Shown here: positions 40,726-52,171 of the stretch, one piece after another
Position numbering within the stretch: position 1 is the first letter of the stretch
How the letters are laid out: every line of letters begins with the position of its first letter
NCBI GenBank assembly: GCA_002269645.1
Contig: NIVC01000056.1
Coordinates: 620,001-684,000, forward strand
DNA from: Macrostomum lignano
Taxonomy: Eukaryota
Length of the DNA stretch: 64,000 nt
Direction: 5' to 3'
The notes under the pieces: model-generated
What the model was told of the DNA's origin: nothing
The model's database searches: none
What the model saw: only the letters and a program-made list of their open reading frames with translations
Translations under genes and position numbers: made by a program

Positions 40726-41960
40726 TGCGGCATGGGCTCCTGCTGCTCTGGAGGGTGTGCATACATATCGGGAGGGTGTACATATCGGGAGGGTGCTCCT
40801 GCGGCATACATATCGGGAAAACTCTGTCTCTCTGATTTGGCTCGAGACAGGGGCTGTCACCTTTATTACTCTTTGATGGATATTTTAGATGACGGCAAGA
40901 GCTTTTCATCGACTATTACTTTTCCCCCAAGCCTCTGTCAATCGGATGCTTTGCACACAAGCCCCATTTCACCCAGGTTATTAAATTGATACAGCAACAG
41001 CGATTTTTAACACCATTTTCTCGCAGAGACCGGCGGGCCTTAAAAACTACAGAAGTTATATTTCATATTTTTCATCTGTATCTAGCTATTATTGGGTAGC
41101 TTCTGCCAATTATTTTCTGGATAATATGCACCTACATAATTTGAATGCTAAATAAAACACTGTTGGAGAGCTTTGCTCTGTTTGCCGGATGGCCTGAACC
41201 TGAAACAACTGAATTACGTGTTTTTTCTTTTCAAGTCCTCTACCGCCCCAGCCTGGGGCAGCTCTCTGTGGGGGTGTGATTCACTGCCTCTCTGTCCCCT
41301 GCAACTGGGGAGGGAGCTCTCTGTCCCTCCGTGGGGTGTGTGATTCACTGCCTCTCTGTCCACGCCGCAACATGCAGGGCGGCTATCCCTTACTGTCTCC
41401 ACACACTCTCTGTCCCAGCACCCCGTGTCTCTCTCTGTTCCGTGCCTCCTCCCCCACCTCATACTGCTGCAGGGGGGCCGCCTGTTATCTGTCCCCAGCT
41501 ACAGGGGGATGGCAACACTCAGTGTACCCCTCTGTCCCTGCCTCTTGCTACACCGAGGCCTGCATGCTCACTGTACAGGGCTGCGTCAGCATCGGGGCTC
41601 CCCCAACACTAACCGCGTGCACACGACATTGGTGGGAGGGGCGGGAATCCCCCGCCGGATGTACACTCGCTGGAGGCCCACCTTGCTGGAGGTACACCTG
41701 CTGGACGCCCACCCCGCTGGATGTACACTCACTGGAGGCCCACCCCGCTGGAGGTACACTCGCTGGACGCCCACCCTGCTGGATGTACACCTGCTGGAGG
41801 CCCACCCCGCTGGAGGTACACCTGCTGGACGCCCACCCCGCTGGAGGTACACCCCGGGGGAGGTGGTGCACCCCGAGGGAGCACCTTGCCGCGGTGCTAG
41901 AGGCCGACATCAGCCCGACGGACCTTCGCAAAATCAACGGATTTTTCAGTCCATAGTAGT
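40726..41960 (-). repeat. Right TIR of the giant element
   Basis: Reverse complement of 23541-24774. The ORF track shows the same peptides on opposite strands (24511..24930 - vs 40405..40989 +; 23545..24075 - vs 41276..41956 +). Confidence 0.92.
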
Positions 41961-42275
41961 TCTGGAGGCCCCTTTTTCCGATATTTTTAGTCAACAGGGT
42001 AATATTCGGTCTTAGTACGGTACCTATACCCGTTATAATCAATATTTCTAAAAATCATTTTATCTCTATTTTTCCAGTCCCATTCATTTACATGGTTGCT
42101 TTAAGAAAGCTTATTCAATTTGTGAGATTACATTCAATTCAAAACTACAAGTTGAAAATGAAGTCAATCAAGTGGGGAATCCCCAATCGCTTCAGCAGCA
42201 GACCCTGCCTCAGAACTGCTTTCGGCCATAGACAATAAAAACAGTCAGGAGAATTCACATATAGTCCGGTAGAAT

Positions 42276-42472
42276 GGCGGCAGTAGCCCAGTGGTCCAGC
42301 GTGGCGCTCTGATGTGCCAGCGACCCAGGCTCGATTCCAAGTGCAGTCACATTAATTTGGGGCTGAATTGGAATCCTGGATTGGCTCTGCTCGTGCAATT
42401 AACGGCCTTGAGAGCCAACCCCCAAGGCACAGTGAAATGTACATGCCTAACGATAAATAAAGTTAGGGCCGC
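42276..42472 (+). mobile_element. tRNA-derived SINE-like element (most complete copy)
   Basis: Pol III A box TAGCCCAGTGG (42284-42294) and B-box-like GGCTCGATTCC (42328-42338). The body is shared with copies at ~4805-4944 and ~11527-11640. Confidence 0.65.
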
Positions 42473-43669
42473 TCTGACACTTTCTGTCAATTATGATAGA
42501 AAATATAATATTGATTGGCTTTATTCATGTCTATGGCCGAGAGCAGTTCTGTGGCAGAGGCTGGCTCTAATCACTCTTATCTCTCAGTCCTTTTTACAAC
42601 ACATGGGGGCATTTGCAGACAGGCAATAAACGCACCGTGAGCGCCTAAACCGTCCGGTTCCGTGTTTTAATCTGTAATTATATGCCTTATCGCCTATCAG
42701 CGAGACGATTAATTAAGATGTACTTTTACTAAATACCGGTCTGATTATAAATCTTCGTATTATATTTTTTGACTATCTATATAAAAAAGTTCTAAAAATA
42801 TTTTCTTAAATTTAAGCGCTATGATATTCAGGACACATTCAGATTAGAAAAACTAGTAGCTATGAATATATCTTCTGGTTTAACAACAACTAGCTCGTAT
42901 TTGGACAAATAAAACAATATAAAGTCAAACGACACACTGCCTGCATGTTTTAAAAGGTCTCCTTTTAATTTGAATTGTTGATTCTTTATTTAAACGATAC
43001 TAGCTAACTTTTTGTTGCGCACCTTCTCAAACAAGAATCAAGTCGCCAGCCCTCCGGACCGTCGAGATATTCGACAATTTTGCCAGAAGGTCGGGTTTTT
43101 CCCATAAGCGCCAGTGTAATCAGTACACCCCTGTGCGCCAATCAGCACTGCGCCTCAGTGCAGCCTTTCCAAGCCACCAAAATTTCACCAGCACGTCGAC
43201 CACATGTGCCTGACTCTGCATCAGCTCTGACTTCGCTGATCACCGGCTTTCATCCAGGCGGAGCTTCTGGACCTTCATCAGGTGGCACCAGGTAGTTATT
43301 GGTAGTTATTCCCCACTTGGACACTCCAAGTACGTTTATGATTGTTCATTTCACTTACTTCGCGCCAATAAAAGAGTACAACAAGTTATTTTTAGCAAAC
43401 GACTAGCAATCTAGTGCCCCCCTTCGGGACGCGCAATAAGCAAGAAGAAAAAATTATATATTCATGGAAAACAATTAAAAAAGCACATTTTCAAAAGAAC
43501 CAATTCCTTTTTCAGTTTTATAAATCACCTTATTCGATTACAATTGTCAGGGACAAAATATGCAATATGTTCGCTGTGAATCTCTTTTCTAAAATCAACA
43601 GAAAGACAATAAAATAAAGTTTCACCAATATAAAAGACATTCCCCCCTAAATAGAAAACATCCCCAAGA

Positions 43670-44235
43670 GAGCAAGCATCCACCTAAATAGCAAGCATCC
43701 CCCAGATAGCAAGCATCCCCCCAGATACCAAGCATCCCCCCAGATAGCAAGCATCCCCCCAGATACCAAGCATCCCCCCAGATAGCAAGCATCCACCCAG
43801 ATAGCAAGCATCCACCCAGATAGCAAGCATCCACCCAGATAGCAAGCATCCCCCCAGATAGCAAGCATCCCCCCAGATACCAAGCATCCCCCCAGATAGC
43901 AAGCATCCCCCAGATACCAAGCATCCCCCAGATAGCAAGCATCCACCCAGATACCAAGCATCCCCCCAGATAGCAAGCATCCACCCAGATAGCAAGCATC
44001 CACCCAGATAGCAAGCATCCACCCAGATAGCAAGCAACCCCCCAGATAGCAAGCATCCACCCAGATAGCAAGCATCCACCCAGATAGCAAGCATCCACCC
44101 AGATAGCAAGCATCCACCCAGATAGCAAGCATCCACCCAGATAGCAAGCATCCACCCAGATAGCAAGCATCCCCCCAGATAGCAAGCATCCACCCAGATA
44201 GCAAGCATCCCCCCAGACAGCAAGCATCCACCAGA
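43670..44235. repeat. Minisatellite, 19-bp unit AGATAGCAAGCATCCACCC
   Basis: Tandem copies. Confidence 0.95.
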
Positions 44236-44337
44236 CAGCAAGTAGCTAGTGCAAATGTTACCTCCGCTAATGCAATAATCGCTTTCGCAAGTTGTGCAAT
44301 AATCCATGTCTCAGCTAGCGCATTAGTCCATTTCTAA

Positions 44338-44710
44338 GCTAGTGCAGTAATCCTTGGTTTATCAAGCGCAGTAATCCTTGGTTTATCAAGTGCAGTAATC
44401 CGTGGCTTATTAAGTGCAATAATCCTTGGGTTATCAAGTGCGATAATCCTTGGTTTATCAATTGCTGTAATCCTTGGTTTATCAAGTGCAGTAATCCGTG
44501 GCTTATTAAGTGCAATAATCCTTGGGTTATCAAGTGCAATAATCCTTGGTTTATCAATTATTGCTGTAATCCTTGGTTTATCAAGTGCAATAATCCTTGG
44601 TTTATCAATTATTGCTGTAATCCTTGGTTTATCAAGTGCAATAATCCTTGGTTTATCAAGTGCAATAATCCTTGGTTTATCAAGTGAAATAATCCTTGGT
44701 TTATCAAGCG
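44338..44710. repeat. Minisatellite, ~24-bp unit AAGTGCAATAATCCTTGGTTTATC
   Basis: Tandem copies. Confidence 0.93.
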
Positions 44711-44984
44711 CCATAACCTAGGTCTTTTTAATTAGTCTTTTAATAAAAGCTTTCAATAAAAAAGTTATACAGACGATAAATAAAAAGCCTATTGTGATGC
44801 AATTTATTTCAGAATCAGAATTCAACCAGTCAGTTTTTTCTCTAGCATTCTTACAATGCATTTCAAGTCGAAAGAGCTGCTCTGAAGAAAAGACCTTTGC
44901 AAAAAAGCATGTTTTTCGAATATTTCATCCCTTTAGCATCGAGCAATTTCTTAGCCACGATGCATCACGGAAAAATGTATGATC

Positions 44985-45075
44985 GAACAGTGCAAGTTTT
45001 AACAAAATTGGTTGAGCCGTTTTTGCTAAAATCGATCATAGATAGATAGACACAGACAGACCATTTTTAGTTTAG
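44985..45075 (+). mobile_element. Possible non-autonomous Helitron/HINE-type fragment
   Basis: AAAATTGGTTGAGCCGTTT followed by AGATAGATAGACACAGACAGAC recalls Lep1/DINE-type elements. Resemblance from memory only. Confidence 0.3.
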
Positions 45076-45214
45076 GAAAAATCGAAGTTAACAGATAGAA
45101 AAGTTATAAAGTTCGCAATTTTATATTACCGACATCATATAATCGAGACTACCGAGGTCTATGAGTCAAGAATAGTCAAGAGCAACAAATGATCTTGAAA
45201 CCGAAAATATAATC

Positions 45215-45490
<276 letters not shown>

Positions 45491-46536
45491 TGTATGTCTG
45501 TATGCCTGCATGTCTGTACTGATGTCTCTCTCTGAGACAAAAGTAACAACAGGCACTTACAGGCGAATGCAGTTTGATAAAGCGCTAGTCAAAGAGTTTC
45601 ATAGTGTCCACATGTTCTGCTATCTTTAGCCAACTATGAATGCAAAAGCTTTTCCCAGTCCTCCGCAGTGCAATCTGAATCCCTCATTGTCCCTAAATAC
45701 AGGTGTTAAGGGAAGTTATTCCCAGGCATGGAGTATTAAGCCTGCATTCCGTCAATCTGCACAGTCAGTCTGCAGACAAAAGCCCCTCTCCGAGAGCTGA
45801 ATTCAGGCTTCCAGTTTTTTATGATGCAGGACGGGATCTGGCAGATATTGATGCCGTAGGATTAGCTAAAACAGCTGTGTCCCTATCTGCTGTACACTAT
45901 GCTCAGCCTTGGCTCCGGAAACAGCGCCGGATCGGAAGTGGTATGGCAATTTTTTTCAGATATAGGAAGCATATTTAAAAGACAGATGGAGAAGAGAGGA
46001 TAGAGTGGTACAGAGGTGAGTGCACCAGCTGCTGGGGAAGGGGGTATCAGAGGCGGCTCCATTCTGCTCCGGCACTCACCCAGAATCTCTACCCCATCTT
46101 TCTATCCGCATCCCCTGCTCTCTATTCCCCACTATACTATACTGTTCATGGGCGGTGCGCGGTGAGGACGAGAAAAGACGCTGCACTCCTCGCCCCCGTT
46201 GTCCCTCGGTCTCTCCGTTCTCCCTCAGGCGAGCAAAGCCATCCCCCGCCTTGGTCCCTCGCTTTTTCGAGAGTAGAAAAAGCACCCACAGGGCAAAGAT
46301 TGGAGTCTGCAGGTCTGAGAGAAAGAGGAAGTTATAGAGGCCAGCACGCACCCCCACCCCCAGCCAGCCAATCGATTTTCCGTCATTGCAACGACGGCAA
46401 CCCATTGCAGCTTCAACTGTAGGACTTGCTGCTCTCCCACACTTCTAAACTCCACATATTTAGGTGCTCCAGCTTAGCTACAAAGTATATCGAAGAATCG
46501 CTCCTGGACCCCATCGGGTTAGCCAGCAACAACGAA

Positions 46537-49405
46537 ATGACTGCGACAAGTCTCAATGAGAAACGATCCCACGTTGACGATGAAGGAGGCTCGTCTCTGC
46601 GCAAGAAGCTGGGCTACTTCCTGGCCCGGTCCAGCGGCCCCGGATGGAAACGCTACGGAGTCGCCTGGCTGAGCTGCTTCGGCCTGATGATAATCCTGGC
46701 CATGCGCTCCGAAATGGGCATCGCCATCATCAAGATGACCAGGAAGGTGCCGCGCCCAACTCCGGGCGGCGGTAAGAACTTCACCGCTGCGCCGTTCCAG
46801 GAGGTGGCCTGGACTCACCTGGACATCGGCATCATCGAGGCCTCGTTCTTCATTGGCTACGCTCTGTTCAGCATCCCAGGCGGCTACATGGCTTCCTACC
46901 TGTCGCCGAATCTGTTGCTAGGCAGCGCCGTCCTCATCACCTGCGTGCTCAACGTCCTGGTGCCATCCATGGCCCACGTGACCCCGGCCTCGGCCGCATT
47001 CGGCCTGACCCTGACAGTCCGCCTCATTCAGGGCATGGCCGAGGGCTGCCTCTACCCAGCGGTGCATGGAATCTGGCGCTACTGGGCCCCAGAGATGGAG
47101 CGATCTCGCCTAGCAACTATCAGCTTCTTCGGCATGGCCCTAGGACCGATTATCGGCCTGCCATTGTCCGGTCTGGTGACCAGCACCCTGAGCTGGCAGG
47201 TGAACTTCTACCTTTACGGCACAGTCGGCTGCGCTTGGGCCGTCGTCTGGTTCCTGCTGGTCCACGAGCAGCCATCGAAGGACCCGCACATCAGCCGGGC
47301 CGAGGCCGCCTACATCGAGGAGCACAGCGCCCCGGCCACGAACTCGGACAGCCTGCCGGTTAGCCAGATGGCCACCTCCCTACCCGTGTGGGCCATTGTG
47401 GTGGCCAATGTCGGTCGGAACTGGAGCTTCCAGTTCAGCATGATCGGCCTGCCCGCCTACTATTCTAAGGTGTTCGGCATGAACTCGGAGGAGATCGGCT
47501 TGCACCTGATGCTGCCGTTCCTGCTGATGGCGGCGCTGACTCCCGTTGGTGAGCTGGGGTTCAAGTGTCTGAGTTTAGATCTGATTGTCTCTGAGTTCGG
47601 ATCTAATTGTTTCTGAGTTTGGGTCTGATTGTCTCTGAGTTTGGGTCTGATTGTCTCTGAGTTTAGATCTGATTGTCTCTGAGTTCGGATCTAATTGTTT
47701 CTGAGTTTGGGTCTGATTGTCTCTGAGTTTGGGTCTGATTGTCTCTGAGTTTGGGTCTGATTGTCTCTGAGTTTGGGTCTGATTGTCTCTGAGTTCGAAT
47801 CTAATTGTCTCTGAGTTTGGGTCCGATTGTCTCTGAGTTCGAATCTAATTGTCTCTGAGTTCGGATCTAATTGTCTCTGAGTTCGGATCTAATTGTCTCT
47901 GAGTTCGGATCTAATTGTCTCTGAGTTCGGATCTAATTGTCTCTGAGTTCGGATCTAATTATCTAAGTTCGGATCTAATTGTCTCTGACTTCTGATTTAA
48001 TTAGGGGCGCCACCAAGACACCAAATATTGGCGCCCTTAGGGTCCCTAGGGTCCTTAGCCCCTCAGATTAAGATTCCAGCGTACGCAAGTGAGTAAGTCA
48101 CTGAGTAAGTCACTGAGTAAGTCAGTATCAAAATCTCTGAGCATTTCAAACGCAGGATGGCATCGACCGCCGCCTGCAACAATTCCGCAGTCCCCACCCC
48201 TCGGAGGTCTGGTAATGGGCCCAGACCCCAAGACTAGACTCACGTCCATCTAGGCCTACATGTAACTGCAACTAAGCAGGATCTTGGCTTTAGGGCCGGA
48301 TTTAGATTTTATTTAGGTCAAAGCAGGGCGTTGCCGTGAGCTTGTTTTTATTTGGGGGTAGGGCTAGCTCTAAGAGATGCCTAGACATGCTTTTGCAAAT
48401 AAATGAAATTATTTTACTAGTACTAGCCAATGTCATGTCTCATGTCTGTGGCGTCAAAAATCGCCTTCTCAGGTGGCTACCTAGCCGACAGTCTCCGAGG
48501 CCGCTACCTGTCCACCACGGTCACCCGTCGACTGTTCAACACCGTCGGGTTCGGCGTGATGGCAGCCAGCCTAGTTGTAGTCGGCATGTCGCGCAGTCTG
48601 CACCTGTCCACCGCCTTCCTGACTCTGGGTCTCGGCTTCACTGGCATTGGCATGTCCGGCTACGCTGTCAATCACCTGGACATTGTGCCAAGATTTGCGG
48701 GCTTCCTGATGGGCGTGTCGAACGGTGTCGGCACAATCTCGGGTGAAGTTTCAATTCATTCTGCACGGATAGCCGCTTTACTAAACCCATAATCTTCTAT
48801 TTACATGCACCTACCTGTCTACCTAACTAACAGCCTAAGTACTGTACCATGCAATGCCTTCGAAGTCTACTCAAGTATCAACCACATTGAGTCACATAGG
48901 CGCCCAACGATCAATAAATATATCAATCAATCAATAAATCAATCAATAAATTACTCAATCAGTTAATCAATCAATCAACCAATCAACCAACCAACCAGCC
49001 AATCAATCAATGAATCAGTCAGTCAGTCAATTAGTCAATCAATCAATCAATCAATCAACCATCAATCAATCAATCAATCAATCAATCAACAAACAAATCA
49101 AATCCCTACTCCCAGGCGTCCTATCGCCAATCATCGCCAGTCGCGTTGCCCGTCACGGCACAGCCGAAGAATGGCAGGCCGTATTCACCATCGCCTCTGT
49201 AGTCCACGTAGCCACTCTGGTGTTCTACTTGTTCTGCTCGTCTGGGGAGAAGCAGCCCTGGGCCAGTCCTGGTGAAACGGAGCGTCTGATTGACAACTCT
49301 GGAGAAGGTTTGCGAATGCAACGCGGCACCGCTAGCGCTGGAGGTGATGGTCTCAGCATGAGCGCTGGGCCGAATGCCACTGAGGAAGAGACTGTGTCCT
49401 ACTGA
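46537..49405 (+). CDS. SLC17-family MFS anion transporter, VGLUT/eat-4-like
   Basis: Exons 46537-47548, 48473-48742, 49116-49405. Motifs SFFIGY...IPGG, RLIQGMAEG..YPA.HGIW..WAP..ERSRLAT, ANVGRNW, VNHLDI.PRFAGFLMG.SN.VGT, EWQ.VF and SGEKQPWA match VGLUTs. Confidence 0.9.
47570..47990. repeat. Minisatellite, 22-bp unit TCTGATTGTCTCTGAGTTTGGG
   Basis: Starts just after the donor of SLC17 intron 1. Confidence 0.93.
48915..49100. repeat. (ATCA)n degenerate microsatellite
   Basis: In SLC17 intron 2. Confidence 0.9.
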
Positions 49406-49419
49406 TGGCGATGAGAAGG

Positions 49420-49685
49420 TGACTCACGGGATTGAAAACTGAGTGTTGAGAGGCTCAGGGGTTGGATCTGAGTGTTGAGAGAGACTCAGGGATTGGAATC
49501 TGAGTGTTGAGAGAGACTCAGGGGTTGGAATCTGAGTTTTAAAGGACTCAGGGGTTGAAACCTGAGTGTTGAGAGAGACTCAGGGGTTGAAATCTGAGTG
49601 TTAGGGAACTCAGGGATTGGAATCTCTGAGTGTTAGGAGACTCAGGGGTTGGAGTCTGGGTGTTGAGAGACTCAGGGGTTGGAAT
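49420..49685. repeat. Minisatellite, ~32-bp unit (GACTCAGGGGTTGGAATCTGAGTGTTGAGAGA)
   Basis: Tandem copies just after the SLC17 stop codon. Confidence 0.88.
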
Positions 49686-50351
49686 GCGGCTGAACAGCTT
49701 GGAACCTATATCAAATCCTACAAAAAGCCCATAAAATATCGCGCAAGATAAAAGTGCAAATTTTTGTCCACTTTAGCTTGTTAATCTAAGAATTTAATTG
49801 CTATCCCTACATCCAAGGTATACTTATTTAGTAGGTCGTATATCAATGTGTTGCTAATCTCTATTTAGATATGTTTCTTCATCGTAAATCTTACGTTTAG
49901 AGAAAACTCAGTATTGCTAAAATGCCTATACTGCATATAGTTGTTTCTTCGGAAAAAATATATAGTTAATCCAAAACCTTTTTTGTGAGTTCAGTCCCTT
50001 CTGTTCACAAAAATGGTTTAACTACAGGCCATCAAAGAAAAATAATTTTAGCTTTCTATGCAAGAAATTAGCACTTTTTATTCAGCACAGTTTCAATCCA
50101 TGTTGTCAGTGTTTGTGCATATCAATATTTTGTGTCAGTGTTTGTGCGTATACACTTATAGATATAATTTTGCGATAATGTCATACGTATATCTATAAAT
50201 GTTCTTTTGCTAGCTGATTTTCATTACTATATATCGTTACTTGCTGTTAACCACTTTATGGCATTAGAAATGTTAAATTGGTGTTTATAAGATTCACATT
50301 ACCGTTTTGTGTGGAATAAGATGGCCTAAAAATATCCTAATTAAAACACTT

Positions 50352-50700
50352 ACCACCCCAAAACACCCACCACCCCAAAAACATCCACCACCCCAAAAAC
50401 ACCCACCACCCCAAAAACATCCACCACCCCAAAAACACCCACCACCCCAAAAACATCCACCACCCCAAAAACACCCACCACCCCAAAAACACCCACCACC
50501 CCAAAAACACCCACCACCCCAAAAACACCCACCACCCCAAAAACACCCACCACCCCAAAACATCCACCACCCCAGAAACACCCAACCCCAAAAACACCCA
50601 CCACCCCAAAAACACCCACCACCCCAAAAACACCCACCACCCCAAAACATCCACCACCCCAGAAACACCCAACCCCAAAAACACCCACCACCCCAAAAGC
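50352..50700. repeat. Minisatellite, 18-bp unit CCACCACCCCAAAAACAC
   Basis: Tandem copies. Confidence 0.93.
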
Positions 50701-52171
50701 GCCGCGGCCACTACCCCAAAAAGACCCAACCACCTCATAAGCAAACCCACCACTCTAAAAACACTCATCACCCAAAACATCTGCCACCAAAAAAAAATTT
50801 TCCGAGACAAACAAGCAAAAATCAATTATTTTTCTCCATGTTTTTCAAAAAATGGTGTATAACGATTTTTTTCCGTGTTTTTTATTTAAAAGAATTTAAA
50901 ATTTGTTCTGATAAAGCTTTTCGGTGTCTGTCTATATATGTTGGTCTGGATATTAAATTCATTAGGTGGTAAAAGCAAAAATGTTGCATTTTTGTGAATT
51001 TTTCCCCACTAACTATAGTCCGCTCTCAGAAATAACTGCTATTTTATCTCGAATATAGCTTATAAAAAGCGAGCTTTTTTTCAAATCCATTTTGTCTTGC
51101 GTAACTGCGTCGAAGAAGATTTAAAATGAAATAAAATATACACAAAATGTTATTTAGTTCACATTGCCAGTGCTTTTTCGTGTTTTAACTGTCTCGGCAT
51201 CGCAAAAAAGCTTTTCAATTTTATTCATTTACATTTTCATAACAGTATTTTAGGTCTTATTGTTCATCTGTCACTCTTAGATCATCAGTTGCTAGGCCAG
51301 CCTCTCAGATCCTCAGAATTGCTACTATTAGTAGTAGAAAAATGATATAATGCATTAAAAAAATTAAAAAAAATCAGCATAAGCAAGCAAAAAATTTTTT
51401 GGATCGCAATTTCGGCTCCGCACTGCAACGATATGGAGAATGCTGTATATTTAAAACACCATTGATTAAAAAAACTGCAAAAAGCACGCAGCTCAATGAG
51501 AACGCATTACAATTATTTTTCATATTGTTAAAAAAGCTAAAACCAATCAAGGTCTGAGTGCAGCCATAAAAATGAAAAAAATATTTTGCTAGATCATAAA
51601 CTTATTGACAAATTACCTTAGGATTTAAACTGAAACCTAATTTACTTATAGGCAGTTGGAAATACAATTAGAATGTTAAAAATTTGCAGTTCACAGAGTA
51701 ACGCTTAATTAAAGATACATAGTTCATAAAATCAATTGATTTTAATAAATTAGAGGAAGTTTTTAATAGTGAGAATAAATTTCCAAGAGTAATTTTTTAA
51801 ATATATTTGTTATAATTAAAGTTTAAATTTGAAATTTAGATCGGCGCATAAAGAATGAAGAGATTGCAACTTAGATTTCCAGAATATGCATTTTTGTTAT
51901 ACAGCAGAAAAATTAAGGTAAATGAAACTTTAACATCAATAATAATATTCAAATAAGGACCGCTAGAAGTGAGAAGAGACACTGGAATAGAAATAACAAG
52001 TTTTCAGCCTTCTAAAAGTTTTCTAAGAAACGAAATTTTCCGTCACTCAATTTCTAGTGGTCCTTAGAATCACAAATAATAAAAAACACTGAATAAGAAA
52101 AAAATTCAAAATCAATATTCGAGAATTCTTTACTGGGACATTGTTCTTGTGTTTTTAAGAGCCACTATCTG

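Larger units (their letters stand above)
23541..41960. mobile_element. 18.4-kb element with ~1.23-kb terminal inverted repeats and 6-bp TSD (Polinton/Maverick-like architecture, apparently non-autonomous)
   Basis: TCTGGA occurs at 23535-23540 and 41961-41966. Termini are ACTACTATGG...CCATAGTAGT. 23541-24774 is the reverse complement of 40726-41960, with only scattered mismatches where checked. Confidence 0.85.

Noticed and set aside
42276-42350. Functional tRNA gene
   Set aside because: The acceptor and T stems pair poorly, the B box has a T>C change, and the sequence continues into a body shared with two other dispersed copies.
43030-43295. Possible coding remnant (a - strand frame has a chromodomain-like EILVAWKG)
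   Set aside because: Stops in all frames and too short a resemblance to support a call.
43622-44714. Long repetitive ORFs over minisatellites (also 50294-50972, 53050-53673, 54837-55421, 56444-57325, 58429-59079)
   Set aside because: Open only because the repeat units lack stops in some frames; no unique coding context.
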